From Mobula hypostoma (taxonomy: Eukaryota), in contig NC_086098.1 in the NCBI RefSeq assembly GCF_963921235.1, forward strand, positions 208,444,001 through 208,508,000: a DNA stretch of 64,000 nucleotides, read 5' to 3'. The notes below the pieces were generated by a model, which was not told the origin of the DNA, ran no database searches, and saw only the letters and a program-made list of their open reading frames with translations. The translations under genes were made by a program, and so were the position numbers. Within the stretch, counting starts at the first letter, position 1, and every line of letters starts with the position of its first letter. Below are positions 50,024 through 61,516 of this stretch, in pieces.

Positions 50024-52359
50024 TATACAAATCTCCTTGTTAGGCTACAGTACAATACTGCACACAGTTCTTGGCCTCACACCACAAAACAGCATAATGG
50101 CCTTGAAGGAAGTATACCATAGCTTTATACCTGAGACCAAAAGACCATGAGGAAAGATTCCACGAATTAGGAATGAGTTTTCTGGAATTTAAGAAGCTGT
50201 GTAGTGAATTCATTAAAATTTTTCCAAGATACTGTACGAAAGAGAACCAATACTATTGGTAGACAGAAACTACTTTCGTTGATTGAGGAGTTGAGGAAAA
50301 GGGATTGTGGGCTGAAAATTAAAGTGAAAATCAAGAAGTTGATCCTGAAATGCACTTAAAAGTTTAGAACTTCCTTCCACAATTATACTATGTTAATTTA
50401 AATCTGATAACAGGTTTAGTTTAGATACGAAGTGAAAATAGTCATGTGAAGTTAAAGGTGAACCTTGATGGCAAAAGATGAGTCTCGATGGCATGTATTG
50501 TGCTGGTGCGCTAGGAGGTTGACCTTCGACGGCTGATTCTATCCTAGACTAAATACTGAAAATAATTTTGTTAACAAATGCAAAATACACAATTACCTTG
50601 GTCTTTTCAGTGTTATCAATTTTATTTTTGGAAACTACTTCGACCATAAATCGGCAAAAATGAGGGGGAAATCATTAAACATTTCCCTTTTAACTATTGT
50701 AACCCAAGACGATGTCTGAAAAAAATGTTGTTGCTCAATATGAATGTTATTCTAACCACAGAATTTTAAAAAATCGATGCGTTGCTCCATATTAAAGTGC
50801 TAATATTGCCCGCTTTCCAAATATGGGCAACATGCCTCGAAAGTGTCGCCGAAGGTGTCTGCAGACGCATGCCTTTTAAACATGTTTTGCTTTATGCTAC
50901 CATAGCGTCAAACTCTGTCATTAGCCGAATGGAAAACAAAGAGCTTCTCTAATATTTTTGCGTTGCTGATTCGATGAATCAGTGCGCAATCTCTTCAACC
51001 ATCTGCCCCGTAGGCAGGGACTTCCTCTGCACTTGTATCGACTCCCGTCCAAGAGCCCCCGACTCGGAATACTTTTCGCAGTCTGCACCTGTACTGAGAC
51101 GCCTGCCCTACCTGCCCTCACACCTGAATGACATCAACAGCGGAACGCCAGGCAGGTGCATCCTGTCCTGACACGTGGCTCGAAGCCTGAGGGGACAATG
51201 TCTGAGGAAATCTGAGTCACAAGCCAATGTTTTGTTTGCATGGATTTTGTTCTACGTGCCAGTGACTCCAAATAAGAATCAAGCTGTCTTTAAACAAGCA
51301 AGATGTGACTTGCATGGCATCCGTGGTATTGCGCGCATTTTGCTATTAGCACGCTGCAAATCGACAAGACTTTAGTTTGAACGACAAATGCACTGTCTTG
51401 AGTTCAGAATTCCGATTCCATGTTTTCAGGAAAGTGACTCCTTAAATTTTACAACGTATCACGTGAAATAAACTTCAGCGTTAGACTTTCGCGAACGGGG
51501 GCTTCATCCCAACAGATCAGCCTTAAAATAAAGAAAGGTCTTTCATCTATCACTTTATATTAACTGTGATAAAGTTTGGAACTCTGTTTCCAACCGTTAA
51601 ACATTAAGTAGTCGCAACATCTATCGAGTGTTTGAGATGCGTTTCAAAACGGAATAACCAACAAGTACCTGAGAATATTATATTTAACAGGGGATGTTTA
51701 TTTCTATTTGTATTCGAGTGAAGCCCAGTTACGCATCAGGATTCGCACTTGAGTTCTCTTCCTGCAAGAAGTGTCCTGTCTAACATAGGCGTCTTGTCTT
51801 TAGATCTGTAACTTTGTACAGCTGCCAGATGGAGGGAGGGGTGGAGGCGCAGTTACCCAACTCTCGGTGGAGTACCAGCGCTTAGTTTGTACGGGACGCG
51901 AAGGCACCATTCTCAGCCCGACGAGTTAATGGCGCTAGAATGAAGAGTATATTTGACAAAACTGACAAGATACACAGAACTGCAGTTCCGCTCCAAACTC
52001 AACAATTAGCCCAAGGCAGAAGGGTGGTTAATCCGCGGACCGATTTAAAGACAGACCACTTATCTCTTAACTCATTAAACGCTCCAAGGCTTAAATGGAA
52101 GAGATCCCTCAAAAATGTTTTTAAAGTATTTGCAGCTATTCTTTGCATCATTTGCTCCTATACAGGATCTATAAAGATGCACTTCACTTTTATTGAGTCT
52201 TACTGAAGTGCTTATCTGTAATACATTGTGGTGTGAGCAGCAATTTGAAACTCATTTACTCCTAAGCGGCTGTGAACCGTTGCCCTGGCGCACAACAATG
52301 GACTTCGATCGGTCTTTCTCGGGCAGTCTGTATAGTGAGATCCTCAGGTTTTAGAGCTT

Positions 52360-52632
52360 TGTACAGACACCTGTTGGAAGCAAATTCTGACGCCGAAGCC
52401 CCTCCTCGTCTCTCGCTTCCCCCTGGTGCCTCTATCCTATTGGACAGCAGTGGGACAAATGTGTGTTCTCTCTCCTCCTCCAACAGGCTCCAGAACCCAA
52501 TATTTACACCAGTTCGCGCACATTTTCCACAAGTGAACTCACTGCATTAAAAGGGAGGACGTTGTAGTTTCCGTCAAGGCAGTCGTTGTTTAAACTGGAC
52601 TTGGGAGTCTACAGGCAGCCCGCAATCTCAAG
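52360..52632 (+). promoter_or_regulatory. SNAI1 proximal promoter / 5' UTR
   Basis: E-box CACCTG 52368-52373, inverted CCAAT (ATTGG) ~52439, TATA-like TTAAAAG ~52548, CpG-rich. Confidence 0.55.
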
Positions 52633-52711
52633 ATGCCTAGGTCTTTTCTTATTAAGAAGCATTTCTCAACCAGTAAGAAACCCAATTACGGTGAACTGGA
52701 CAGTCAAACAG
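52633..52711 (+). CDS. SNAI1: SNAI1 exon 1 (SNAG domain)
   Basis: MPRSFLIKKHFSTSKKPNYGELDSQT; donor AG|GTAAGG. 79 nt. Confidence 0.96.
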
Positions 52712-52999
52712 GTAAGGGAAGACGCTACCCAGTATTAAGGGTGTCCATGACTGACGAGATAGGAAGGATAATTATCAAAGTCAGGATTAGTAAAAAAAAA
52801 TCGCTTAAGATTTGGCTTGAGGGCGTTGGGTAGCATCAATACTATTTGCACGTGTTTGCGGTTTCCGATAAATTAAGCGGTATTTTTGCTGGTGGCATGT
52901 ACGGGATAAATGTAGGACAGAAATTAGATTAACTGATGTGTGATGGCTTTTCTATGAACGGCCCTGAAATGTTTATGGATATTTCGCTCTGTCTTTCAG

Positions 53000-53536
53000 T
53001 GATCATCTCCCCGTTTCTTTATGAGAAGTACCCTGTCCCCGCCATCCCTCAGCCTGAAATCCTCAGCTCGGCCGCCTATTACCCCACCATCGTCTGGGAC
53101 ACAGGGTTGATCTCGAGCTTCTGTTCGGCTGATATCGAAGCCAACCTTTCAAGCAAGAAAATCGATTCGCCAACAGCGGACAACGTGAAACGACGCAAAT
53201 CTCACGATCTCGCATCCTTATCGAGCGAGGAAGAGGACGGGAAGACATCGGACCCTCCCAGTCCCGACTCCTCGGCGACAGAAGCAGAGAAATTTCAGTG
53301 CAATCAGTGCACCAAGTCCTACTCCACTTTTGCCGGACTGTCCAAGCACAAACAGCTACACTGCGAGGTCCAGGCCAGGAAATCCTTTAACTGCAAGTAC
53401 TGTGAGAAGGAGTATGTGAGTTTGGGAGCCCTGAAGATGCACATCAGGAGCCACACGCTTCCGTGTGTTTGCAAAATATGTGGCAAAGCTTTCTCCAGAC
53501 CCTGGCTGCTTCAGGGGCACATCCGCACACACACTG
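53000..53536 (+). CDS. SNAI1: SNAI1 exon 2 (Ser/Pro-rich region, zinc fingers 1-3)
   Basis: Acceptor gtctttcag|TG; [12 protein letters not shown]...IVWDTGL...[15 protein letters not shown]...[23 protein letters not shown]...QGHIRTHT; donor G|[21 protein letters not shown] motifs, absence of a SLUG box and synteny with RNF114 indicate SNAI1 rather than SNAI2. Confidence 0.95.
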
Positions 53537-54958
53537 GTGAGTAGAGGAACCTTCCCTGTTCATAGACTTTTAATCCGTGGGTCTGCAGTCCAAGTGGAAT
53601 TTTCTAAATCCTGCTCCTCCTAGTATCGCGTAGACTCGCTTACTCGATATTAGACCACGTTACAGTTGAAATATGTGTTAGCCTTGTCTTCTAAAGTCCC
53701 ATTCCGGGATATTTACCGCCGTTATAAAGAAATGTACGGTTATGCGCATGGGGGCCGGAAAATCTGCCCACAGTTCCCAATTTTAACATGCAGTTGAGAG
53801 AATATTTACCATTCCTACTTTACTTTTGTTCTACATAGTCGTTCTAATACGTGAAGGTAACTCGCTCTTCCTGAATGTTTATGTGCATAACATTTATCAC
53901 ATTCTGATATACAAGTTATTCTCTATTGAATCAGTACAAAAGGGACGCATGGTGCAATAAAGCCACCTTTCAGCCAAAACATTGTTGGTGGCTTTCCAGA
54001 CTGCGTTTTTGTTCCGTACATTGTCTCCACCAGCTAAAAGAGGATGTTCTTAGTGGGAAACAAAAAGACCCTGTTGTGATTCTTCGTTTCACCACTATTG
54101 CATTTACTTCTTTCTGAGTGGTGGTGTTGTCCTGCGAAGGGCCATGTATGTGAATGACTGACAGACATGGGGCAGGTGCATTGATGTAGCAGTGCAATTT
54201 GTACAGTGCACCTGTTACAGTGCACTGCAGGCACAGCTATAGGCTCCAGCTGTCACCTTTTGGACCATCAGTTTTAAATACAAGAATTATCACTTTTCAC
54301 AATGCAGCCTCTCCAGATCTATTTATCAGCCTTTGGCATGGGTTAGTTCTGACTTTGTTGTTGATTTCACACCTTCTTAAGTAACGCAAGTGCTCTCAAA
54401 GGAATTAATTAAAATTTTTAAAAAAAATTTTTGATTGTAAATTGTTTCTTAATCACAGTTGCTTTAGAAATCGATTTCTTAAAATTTAGCTGCAACATTT
54501 TCACCTTCACCTGTGGTTGGACCTTAGACTTCCTATGTGCAGCAGACTCAATATTGTTTTATTTGATAGCTGGTTCACCAATGTGCTGTTAAATTCTCTT
54601 TGCAAAACCATCTAGTATTTCACACAATCTAGCACATACTGAGAACAGGGCACTTTAAATCCCTGTTCTGTGTTTTTTAACAGTGTGAATATATTCCACT
54701 ATCTACTTCTTCTCTTTAACTTTGTGGCTGCACTGATCACATAGGATTTAACAGCATTTCAAAGCTTAATTGATTTGTTTTAACTTGTTTCGACTTTCAG
54801 CCTTTTCCATTTGAATAAAAAACTTAATTATAATCAGTAAATAGAGCTAAGATGTAATTAAAGTAAATGAGTCTTTACCGTATGTTGTTATAAGAGACAC
54901 TTGAAAGCACTAATTTCCTATGAAAATTCACCCAGATTTTTCTCCTCTGCTCTTTTAG

Positions 54959-55140
54959 GAGAGAAGCCTTTTTCCTGCCCTCATTGCAACAGAGCATTTG
55001 CAGATCGATCCAACCTCAGAGCCCATCTTCAGACTCATTCTGATGTGAAAAAGTACCAGTGCAAAAACTGCTCCAAGACTTTCTCCAGAATGTCTCTTCT
55101 TCACAAACACGAAGAAACAGGATGCTGTGCAGCTCGCTGA
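54959..55140 (+). CDS. SNAI1: SNAI1 exon 3 (zinc fingers 4-5, stop)
   Basis: Acceptor tcttttag|GA; [60 protein letters not shown]. Total CDS 798 nt = 265 aa. Confidence 0.96.
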
Positions 55141-55860
55141 GAAAGATGGTCATTTAACTTCTGTGTGCATTTCAGCCCATTGGTACAGACTGAATCTTCT
55201 TATGTTGGACTAATGCTGGTTTTTATTTATTTTGTGATTAGAACCTGAATATTAACATTCCACTTTTGTAAATCGCAGCTACCACCTTTTTTGGAGGGAG
55301 GACAGAACAAACTGGCTAAGGTGTCTCAAAATCATTTCAGTGTTTGATTCAGTATAAACCACCAAACAGGGAGATTTTTTTTATGGTGTAACTATGCAAT
55401 AAAATGGTAAATGAGGGCTGCTGACATAAAATGTTCTCAGTGGAACAATGAAGCCCTGCAATGTGTAAAGATTTGTGCAATGGGTTTAACAGACATGGCT
55501 TGCTATTTGAAACAAAATTCCTGTTTACAGGCAAGCTGTGTGCTGAAGCACCTGTTAATATGAACCTTAACAACTGCTTTTCAGTGGAAGTGTAACTAAT
55601 GGTAAGCAGTTGTCACATGCTACAATGCAGGGCTTAGATAAATGCCTGACTATTGACAGGTGTGTGCCAAAAGACTTTTTATGGCTATTGACAGGTGCCT
55701 GGTGAATGCATCTTTTTCTATACAGTGTACACAATCATCACAATATATATTTGTTTACATTACAAGGGTACACTGGTAATGCTCTTTGTATACTGTAATT
55801 TTTTACGTGACAGTTTTGTATTGCTAAGACTTTAACATGTACATTATATAAAGAATATGT

Positions 55861-55866
55861 AATAAA
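55861..55866 (+). promoter_or_regulatory. Candidate SNAI1 polyadenylation signal
   Basis: AATAAA at the end of an AU-rich ~720-nt 3' UTR, preceded by several TGTA motifs. Confidence 0.55.
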
Positions 55867-56419
55867 AATTTTTACATTCAATGGACTGTGAAATAATTCC
55901 TTGCCTGTAAAAAAAATATGAATCAACTATGTTAACTTTTTTGATAGTACCACAGTCAAGCTAGAATCAAATTAATTTTTTCTAATTTAATTTTTAGCAA
56001 CTAATACTATCATTATATTTCAGTGCTGTGCTGTTGAGTTTACTGCATTGATGATTAGAAAATCCAATATAGCTGCTAAGAAGATTGCAGTGACTAATTT
56101 CAATAGTTCCCATTGGAAAAGATTGAAGGGAATTTTTAAAAAAATCACTTTCTATTCTTCCCTATCTTCACTCTCCTCCTTCTCCAGCCCCAGAAGTAGC
56201 TCTGTCTTTAGTATCCTCTCTTTCCTCAGTCACAGAATAGCTGCATTGTATACCACCTTCCCTCAGGAATTCTGACACCCAATCCAATCTCACTCACCAT
56301 TAGACTCCCTTTAAGAAATAAGTTTCAGTCATTGCACCGAATTTCTTCCCCATCAGTTGTTTCTCTCACACCTCGAGGAAGTGTGAGTCGTAGTCATCAG
56401 AATAATGTTGCCTACTAAA

Positions 56420-56762
56420 TGATGAAAGGACTGGATAAGGAGGATGTTTCCTCCGGTGGGGGTATCCAGAACAAGAGGGCACAGTCTCAAAATTGAGCGG
56501 TGTCCTTTTAGAATAGAAGTAAGGAGGAATTTTTTTAGCCAAAGAGTTGTGACTCTGGAATGCTCTGCCACAGAGTGGCGGAGGCCAACTCTGTTAGCAT
56601 ATTCAAAGCGGAATTTGATAGATTCTTAATTGGTCGGTGCATAAAGGGATATGGTGAGAAGGCAGGTGTATGGAGTTGAATGGGATCTGGGATCAGCCAT
56701 AATGATGGAGTGGACCTGATGGGCTGAATGGCCTAATTCTGCTCCTATGTCGTATGGTCTAA
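56420..56762 (+). mobile_element. CR1 3' fragment
   Basis: MFPPVGVSRTRGHSLKIE...RRNFFSQRVV and tail GGGCTGAATGGCCTAATTCTGCTCCTATGTCGTATGGTCT. Confidence 0.85.
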
Positions 56763-59442
56763 TGTAATTACACCCAAAAATACTACCTCTCTTATCAAAC
56801 CATTTTACCCATTATTTGATTTAAACTAAATACTCATGTCAGTGCATGTTTCTGTAGGCCCTCCAAATCCTATTAAAGCACCAAACTATCACCTGTGGTA
56901 CTGGAGACAGACACCATTTAATAATGGAGTTGGTGTGCACACAAAAACATCCTTGAATTATGCAGAATGGGTAGCCATTTTGGGCTGCTTGCTGATTTGA
57001 TGTCAATACTGCAGCTCCTCTCTCTAACCAACGTCTGCTTTTAGCTAAATCCTCACACTGTCTAAAATGATCGTCTACTACTTGCAATTAGCTGCTGATA
57101 AATTTCTTTTCTAGCTCCTGCTAGTGTATTGTGCTCTAAATTGTTTCCAATGTCTACTGGGCCTAATGTGAATGAAGGCTTAAATAAATCAGTTGAGATG
57201 ACCTTCTGCGTACTACACCATCTCACTATCTGGCAGGAGAGTTCTTGCCATTTGCTTTACGGTGAATAATATATGAGATGGAGATGCAAAAAGAGGAGGG
57301 GAAAGAAACAGAAACCCGAACAGTCACTCGGGCTGCTCATGAAGATACCTACTGACTAACAACCCCGTAATCACCAACAGTTTTATGGCTTTCCTTCCGC
57401 CTGTCACGTTGCAATAGTGATGGTCATTCCAACTTAACCTTTCTAAAGCCAACAATTACTTTGACCATTGCTAGAGCCTAATTTCTCCTATGCTTTGATA
57501 TTTCTAAGATGGAATAGTGTTGGAATATGATTTTAAGCAGCCTCAAGCCTGGAGACCCTGGGGCTTTATCTGATCTCAGCTATGGCTGTAGTAGCTTGTG
57601 CAAACTTGACTGCCAGGTGCTGGGCAGGGCACTGCTATCTAAACTGCTGAGTTCCTCCAGCACTTTGTGTGTCATTATAGAAAGATAAATGCTGTTTCCT
57701 GACAGGACTGCAAATCTAAGCTCCATGGAGCTACTGCTGGTGGCTCAGAAGTCCTAATAAACTTTTGGAGGACCAATCTATGGGGTGCTGCGATACTCTA
57801 CAAATCAGTTGACGCATTGAAAAGAGCTGCAATCCAAAACTGTATGACAGCAAGTGCTTGAGTGATGTAGATCCAAATTTTCAAGACAGGGGTCTGAGCC
57901 TGCACTCTGGCACTCAAACTGCTCCTACAAGAGACCGCCTGTTTATTGTCCTTTCTACCTACTGTGCCTGAAAGCCGCCAGCCTAATGTCTCAGTATGTG
58001 CAGAAGTTGTCTCATTCTACCTAGTGACAGCAGCTGTGATCATGGAGTTATGCAACACCTTGTCTTTGTCATCACTGCCTATTTTGTGCCCCAGCTACCT
58101 GCTCTGGCTGCGGTTGGATTCCTGAAAGGACAAAGGCTAGGAGAAGGTGGGTTCTGATGATTGTAAGTCAGAAAACATTGTGAACTTAACCTCTCTGTGT
58201 GGAGTTTCCATATTCTTACTGTAACTCTGTGGGTGACCCCCAGGTGATCAGAGTATTCCAGTTTCCTCCTACATCCCAAAGACATGCTGATTGGTCGCTT
58301 AATTGGGATTGTAAATTGCCCCTAGTATAGAGGTGTGGTAGGAGAATTAGGGTGAAGTTGATAGGCATGTAGGAGGGAGGAGTGAATGGGCTACATGGGA
58401 ATAAGTGAGGGAATTGGTTTGATGGAACTGCTCTGTGATCCCTAACAAAATGCGTAGAAACACTGCAGCCAATGTCCCTACGATATTATTTTAAAAATAC
58501 CTATAAGATTATAAAATTATAAAACATTGATTAATGTTGCCCAGAAAATTAAAACAATTCCTGCTCTTGTTTGACAAATATTATTTTCAACTGAGAGGAC
58601 AGAGAATGTTTGTGTTATCAGTTCATTTCAAAGCTATACTTTGTGGTTTATAAATAGCTCCACCACTTTCCTAGTTGGCAAACTCCTCACAAAGAGGTGG
58701 GCTGCATTGAATAGGCCAGAGTGATTTTGTGTCTCTTCATATTCTGTATTGACAAAAGACTGGGCAGGTTCACCTGATTTCCTGATGAATGGTTTTGTAT
58801 TAAATCACCTAAACCCAGTAAAATAAATGGGTTATTGGATACCTGGCAGATTCCTTTCTACGATTGTGGCAGTTGCTATACGTCGTTGCTTGCTAAATGC
58901 AAAAAGATCTGCATTTTTACATAGTCACACTCATCACACTCATTCTTCAATGTACATGGAAATTAATTTCATGGCTTCAACTTTTCAAAAATTGTGCTCC
59001 AAGTGTACAATAATATAATTTAATAGAAAAGAAAAAACAAAAAGGGCATATTCTAAACCCAACTCTCTGATGAATGCATATAAGTTGAAAAGGTATGTTT
59101 CTCCACTCTTTATTGGACCTCCGATACCGAGCATCAGTCTTCTCCACATTTGCTCTACTATCTGTATATCTCTCTTGCCTTGGTGATCAGATCAGTATCC
59201 AAGGCTTGGTCTGATGACACAACACAATTTACTCATGACCTTCTCTATAACTGTTCATCATCCAATCCCTTTTACCGCTGCTCTGCAATACTTGGAAGGG
59301 TTACAAAAGGCATCTGCTAAGACTTGAATGTTGCTTTGTCCTTAGTTGTTTTGCCGCACATTGAGTACATGTCATCTATTCCTGATTCTTATGTTTTCAT
59401 GTAAAGCTATAGTGGTTTGCTTTCATTTATTAACTCTGGATG

Positions 59443-61516
59443 TGTCAGGCCTGCACAGGCAGGCACCTCCCAGTCTCCAGCCAGCCAAAGGGATCACCTA
59501 CAATTTATTATCACCTCATCACCTGCAGCCTATTTAAACCCAGCTCTTATCCACAGTCGTTGTTCACCCATCAAACTAGCCAGCCTCCATCAGTTGCTCC
59601 TAGTCTTCATTTACCTTGTTACCTATTGTGTTTAGTATCTGTTCTTTCTTGTTTCGTGGCCCCTCCTGGCTTATTGTTTTGCAGATTATTATTAAAGTTA
59701 CTGTTCATCGCTGAATCATCTCCACTGCTCTATTTTTGGGTTAAGCCTCCTCAACATTTCCTGCCAGGATGGGTAAACCAATGATTGACCCAGCAGAATT
59801 TGCTCACCTAAAGGAATGCTCACCAATACAAACACATAATCCTGAAGCAGCCGAAAACCATTGACCATCTACTCGTCACTCTCAACCAACTCTCTGTCTC
59901 AGTCAACCTCCTTCCTTGAAGCCCCAGATTCCGATGCCCGAACACATCGATGGATCCCCAACTCAATGCCTCAACCTCCTGCCCCAGTGTGTTTTCTACG
60001 TCAGGCTCCAGCCAGCTCTGCATTCTATGGACTGAGCCAAGATTGCCATCTCCCTCCTGACTGAGTGAGCTTTGACCTCAGCCACCAATAACTGGTATGA
60101 TAAAACCACCATTTGGAATAAATATGAGGAATTCACCGTTGAGATGTGTTGGGTTTTCGGCCACCCAGGTATTGGAAGAGAAGCAGTGAATTGGATACTT
60201 CACCTGCATCAAGGTTCATATTTGGTGCCAGAGTACCCCATGGAATTGAAGACCCTTGCAGCTGGAATGCAGAAGCACTGATGGCCCATTTTCATCAAGG
60301 CCTCTCAAAGTGGAGTGCAGCTGGGAAGCCTCATCACTCTGGCCGTCTGCATGGACAAACATCCTCTGGAATGAACCTCCAGATCACCAGCCAGAACCCC
60401 AGTTCCATTCCCAGAACTATTTCAGATTGCAGGACTCTCATCTCCAGAACCAATACAAATAGAGAGAGCATCAGCGGAGGTCCAACTCGTGTGCTTATTG
60501 TGAAGTAGCCGATCACCTACGCATCAAATACCCACTGCGTCCAGGAAACATCACCATCTTGTAGAGACGCGGAGCCTTCTACCTGGTAAATGCCCCCTCG
60601 GGCTACTCATTCCAGCACCATACCCCAACTCACACTCTCTGTCCTCCTCCACACCCTGACGGTTTTACGTGAACAGGAGGCTCTGGTGGATCTGGCCAGC
60701 ACGCAACTTTCTGGACTGGACGCTGTGTGTGCATCTTGGATTCCATACTGAGCCTATTTTTCACCCCTTCTGCATTATGGGTGTCTCTTGGGGTCGGGGA
60801 TGGTCAGAGTGTGCACACAGCCTGTGCACATGGGCATCAGAGAGAACCGTGAATTTCTCTTTATCAACTTACCCAACCCTCCTCTCATCTTGAGTTGCCT
60901 CTGGCTCTCCACTCACAATCCCCACCCAGTTCACTGCTGTTTGGGCCTTGGATGGGGGTGGGGGGGGGGGATGGAAGCAATGGCTGATGGGAAACTTCCT
61001 GATCTGGCCTGATGACCAGAACCTCATATCCATACAATAGACCCACCAAATCAACCCATGTCAGGCTCACCGGGCCATCTTCTTCAAGTAATTTAACTTC
61101 ATCATTTCCTACCAACCCAGCTCCGAGAACACTAAGGTGGATGCCTTGTCACGACAGTTCAACCTTCAGCCTATCATTGCATCCTTGCAAATCCTTGCAA
61201 TGATTGTATTGGTTATTGAGAAGCAGATCTGCCAGGCACTCCAGTGGGCCCACTCCTCACCACTCTTCGGCCATCCAGGAGCACAATGGACTCATGACCT
61301 CATCCACTGTCCTTGTTCACCTATCGAACCAGCCAGCCTCAACTAGTTGCTCCTAGCCTTCAGTTACCTTGTAGTCTGGGGTGGTTAGTATCTGTTCTCT
61401 CTTGTATTGTGGGCCCTTGTGGCTTGTTATATTTCAGTCTATTATTACATTACAAAAATCACTGAATTGTCTCCGTTGGTCTGCTTTTGTGTTAAGCTCC
61501 TCTACGTTTCCTGGCA
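59443..61516 (+). mobile_element. Internally deleted Gypsy (Sushi/chromovirus-like) LTR retrotransposon
   Basis: 5' LTR TG...CA 59443-59766, partial 3' LTR ~61300-61516, GGATG on both outer flanks. Gag (LHQGS..VPEY..ELKTLAA, WNAEALMAHFHQGLS), protease-like ALVD, RNase H end (FNFIISYQPSSENTKVDALSR), integrase start (LQWAHSSPLFGHPG). Confidence 0.85.

Noticed and set aside
52633-55140. SNAI2 assignment
   Set aside because: The N-terminus resembles SNAI2, but there is no SLUG box, and the [15 protein letters not shown] motifs and RNF114 synteny fit SNAI1.
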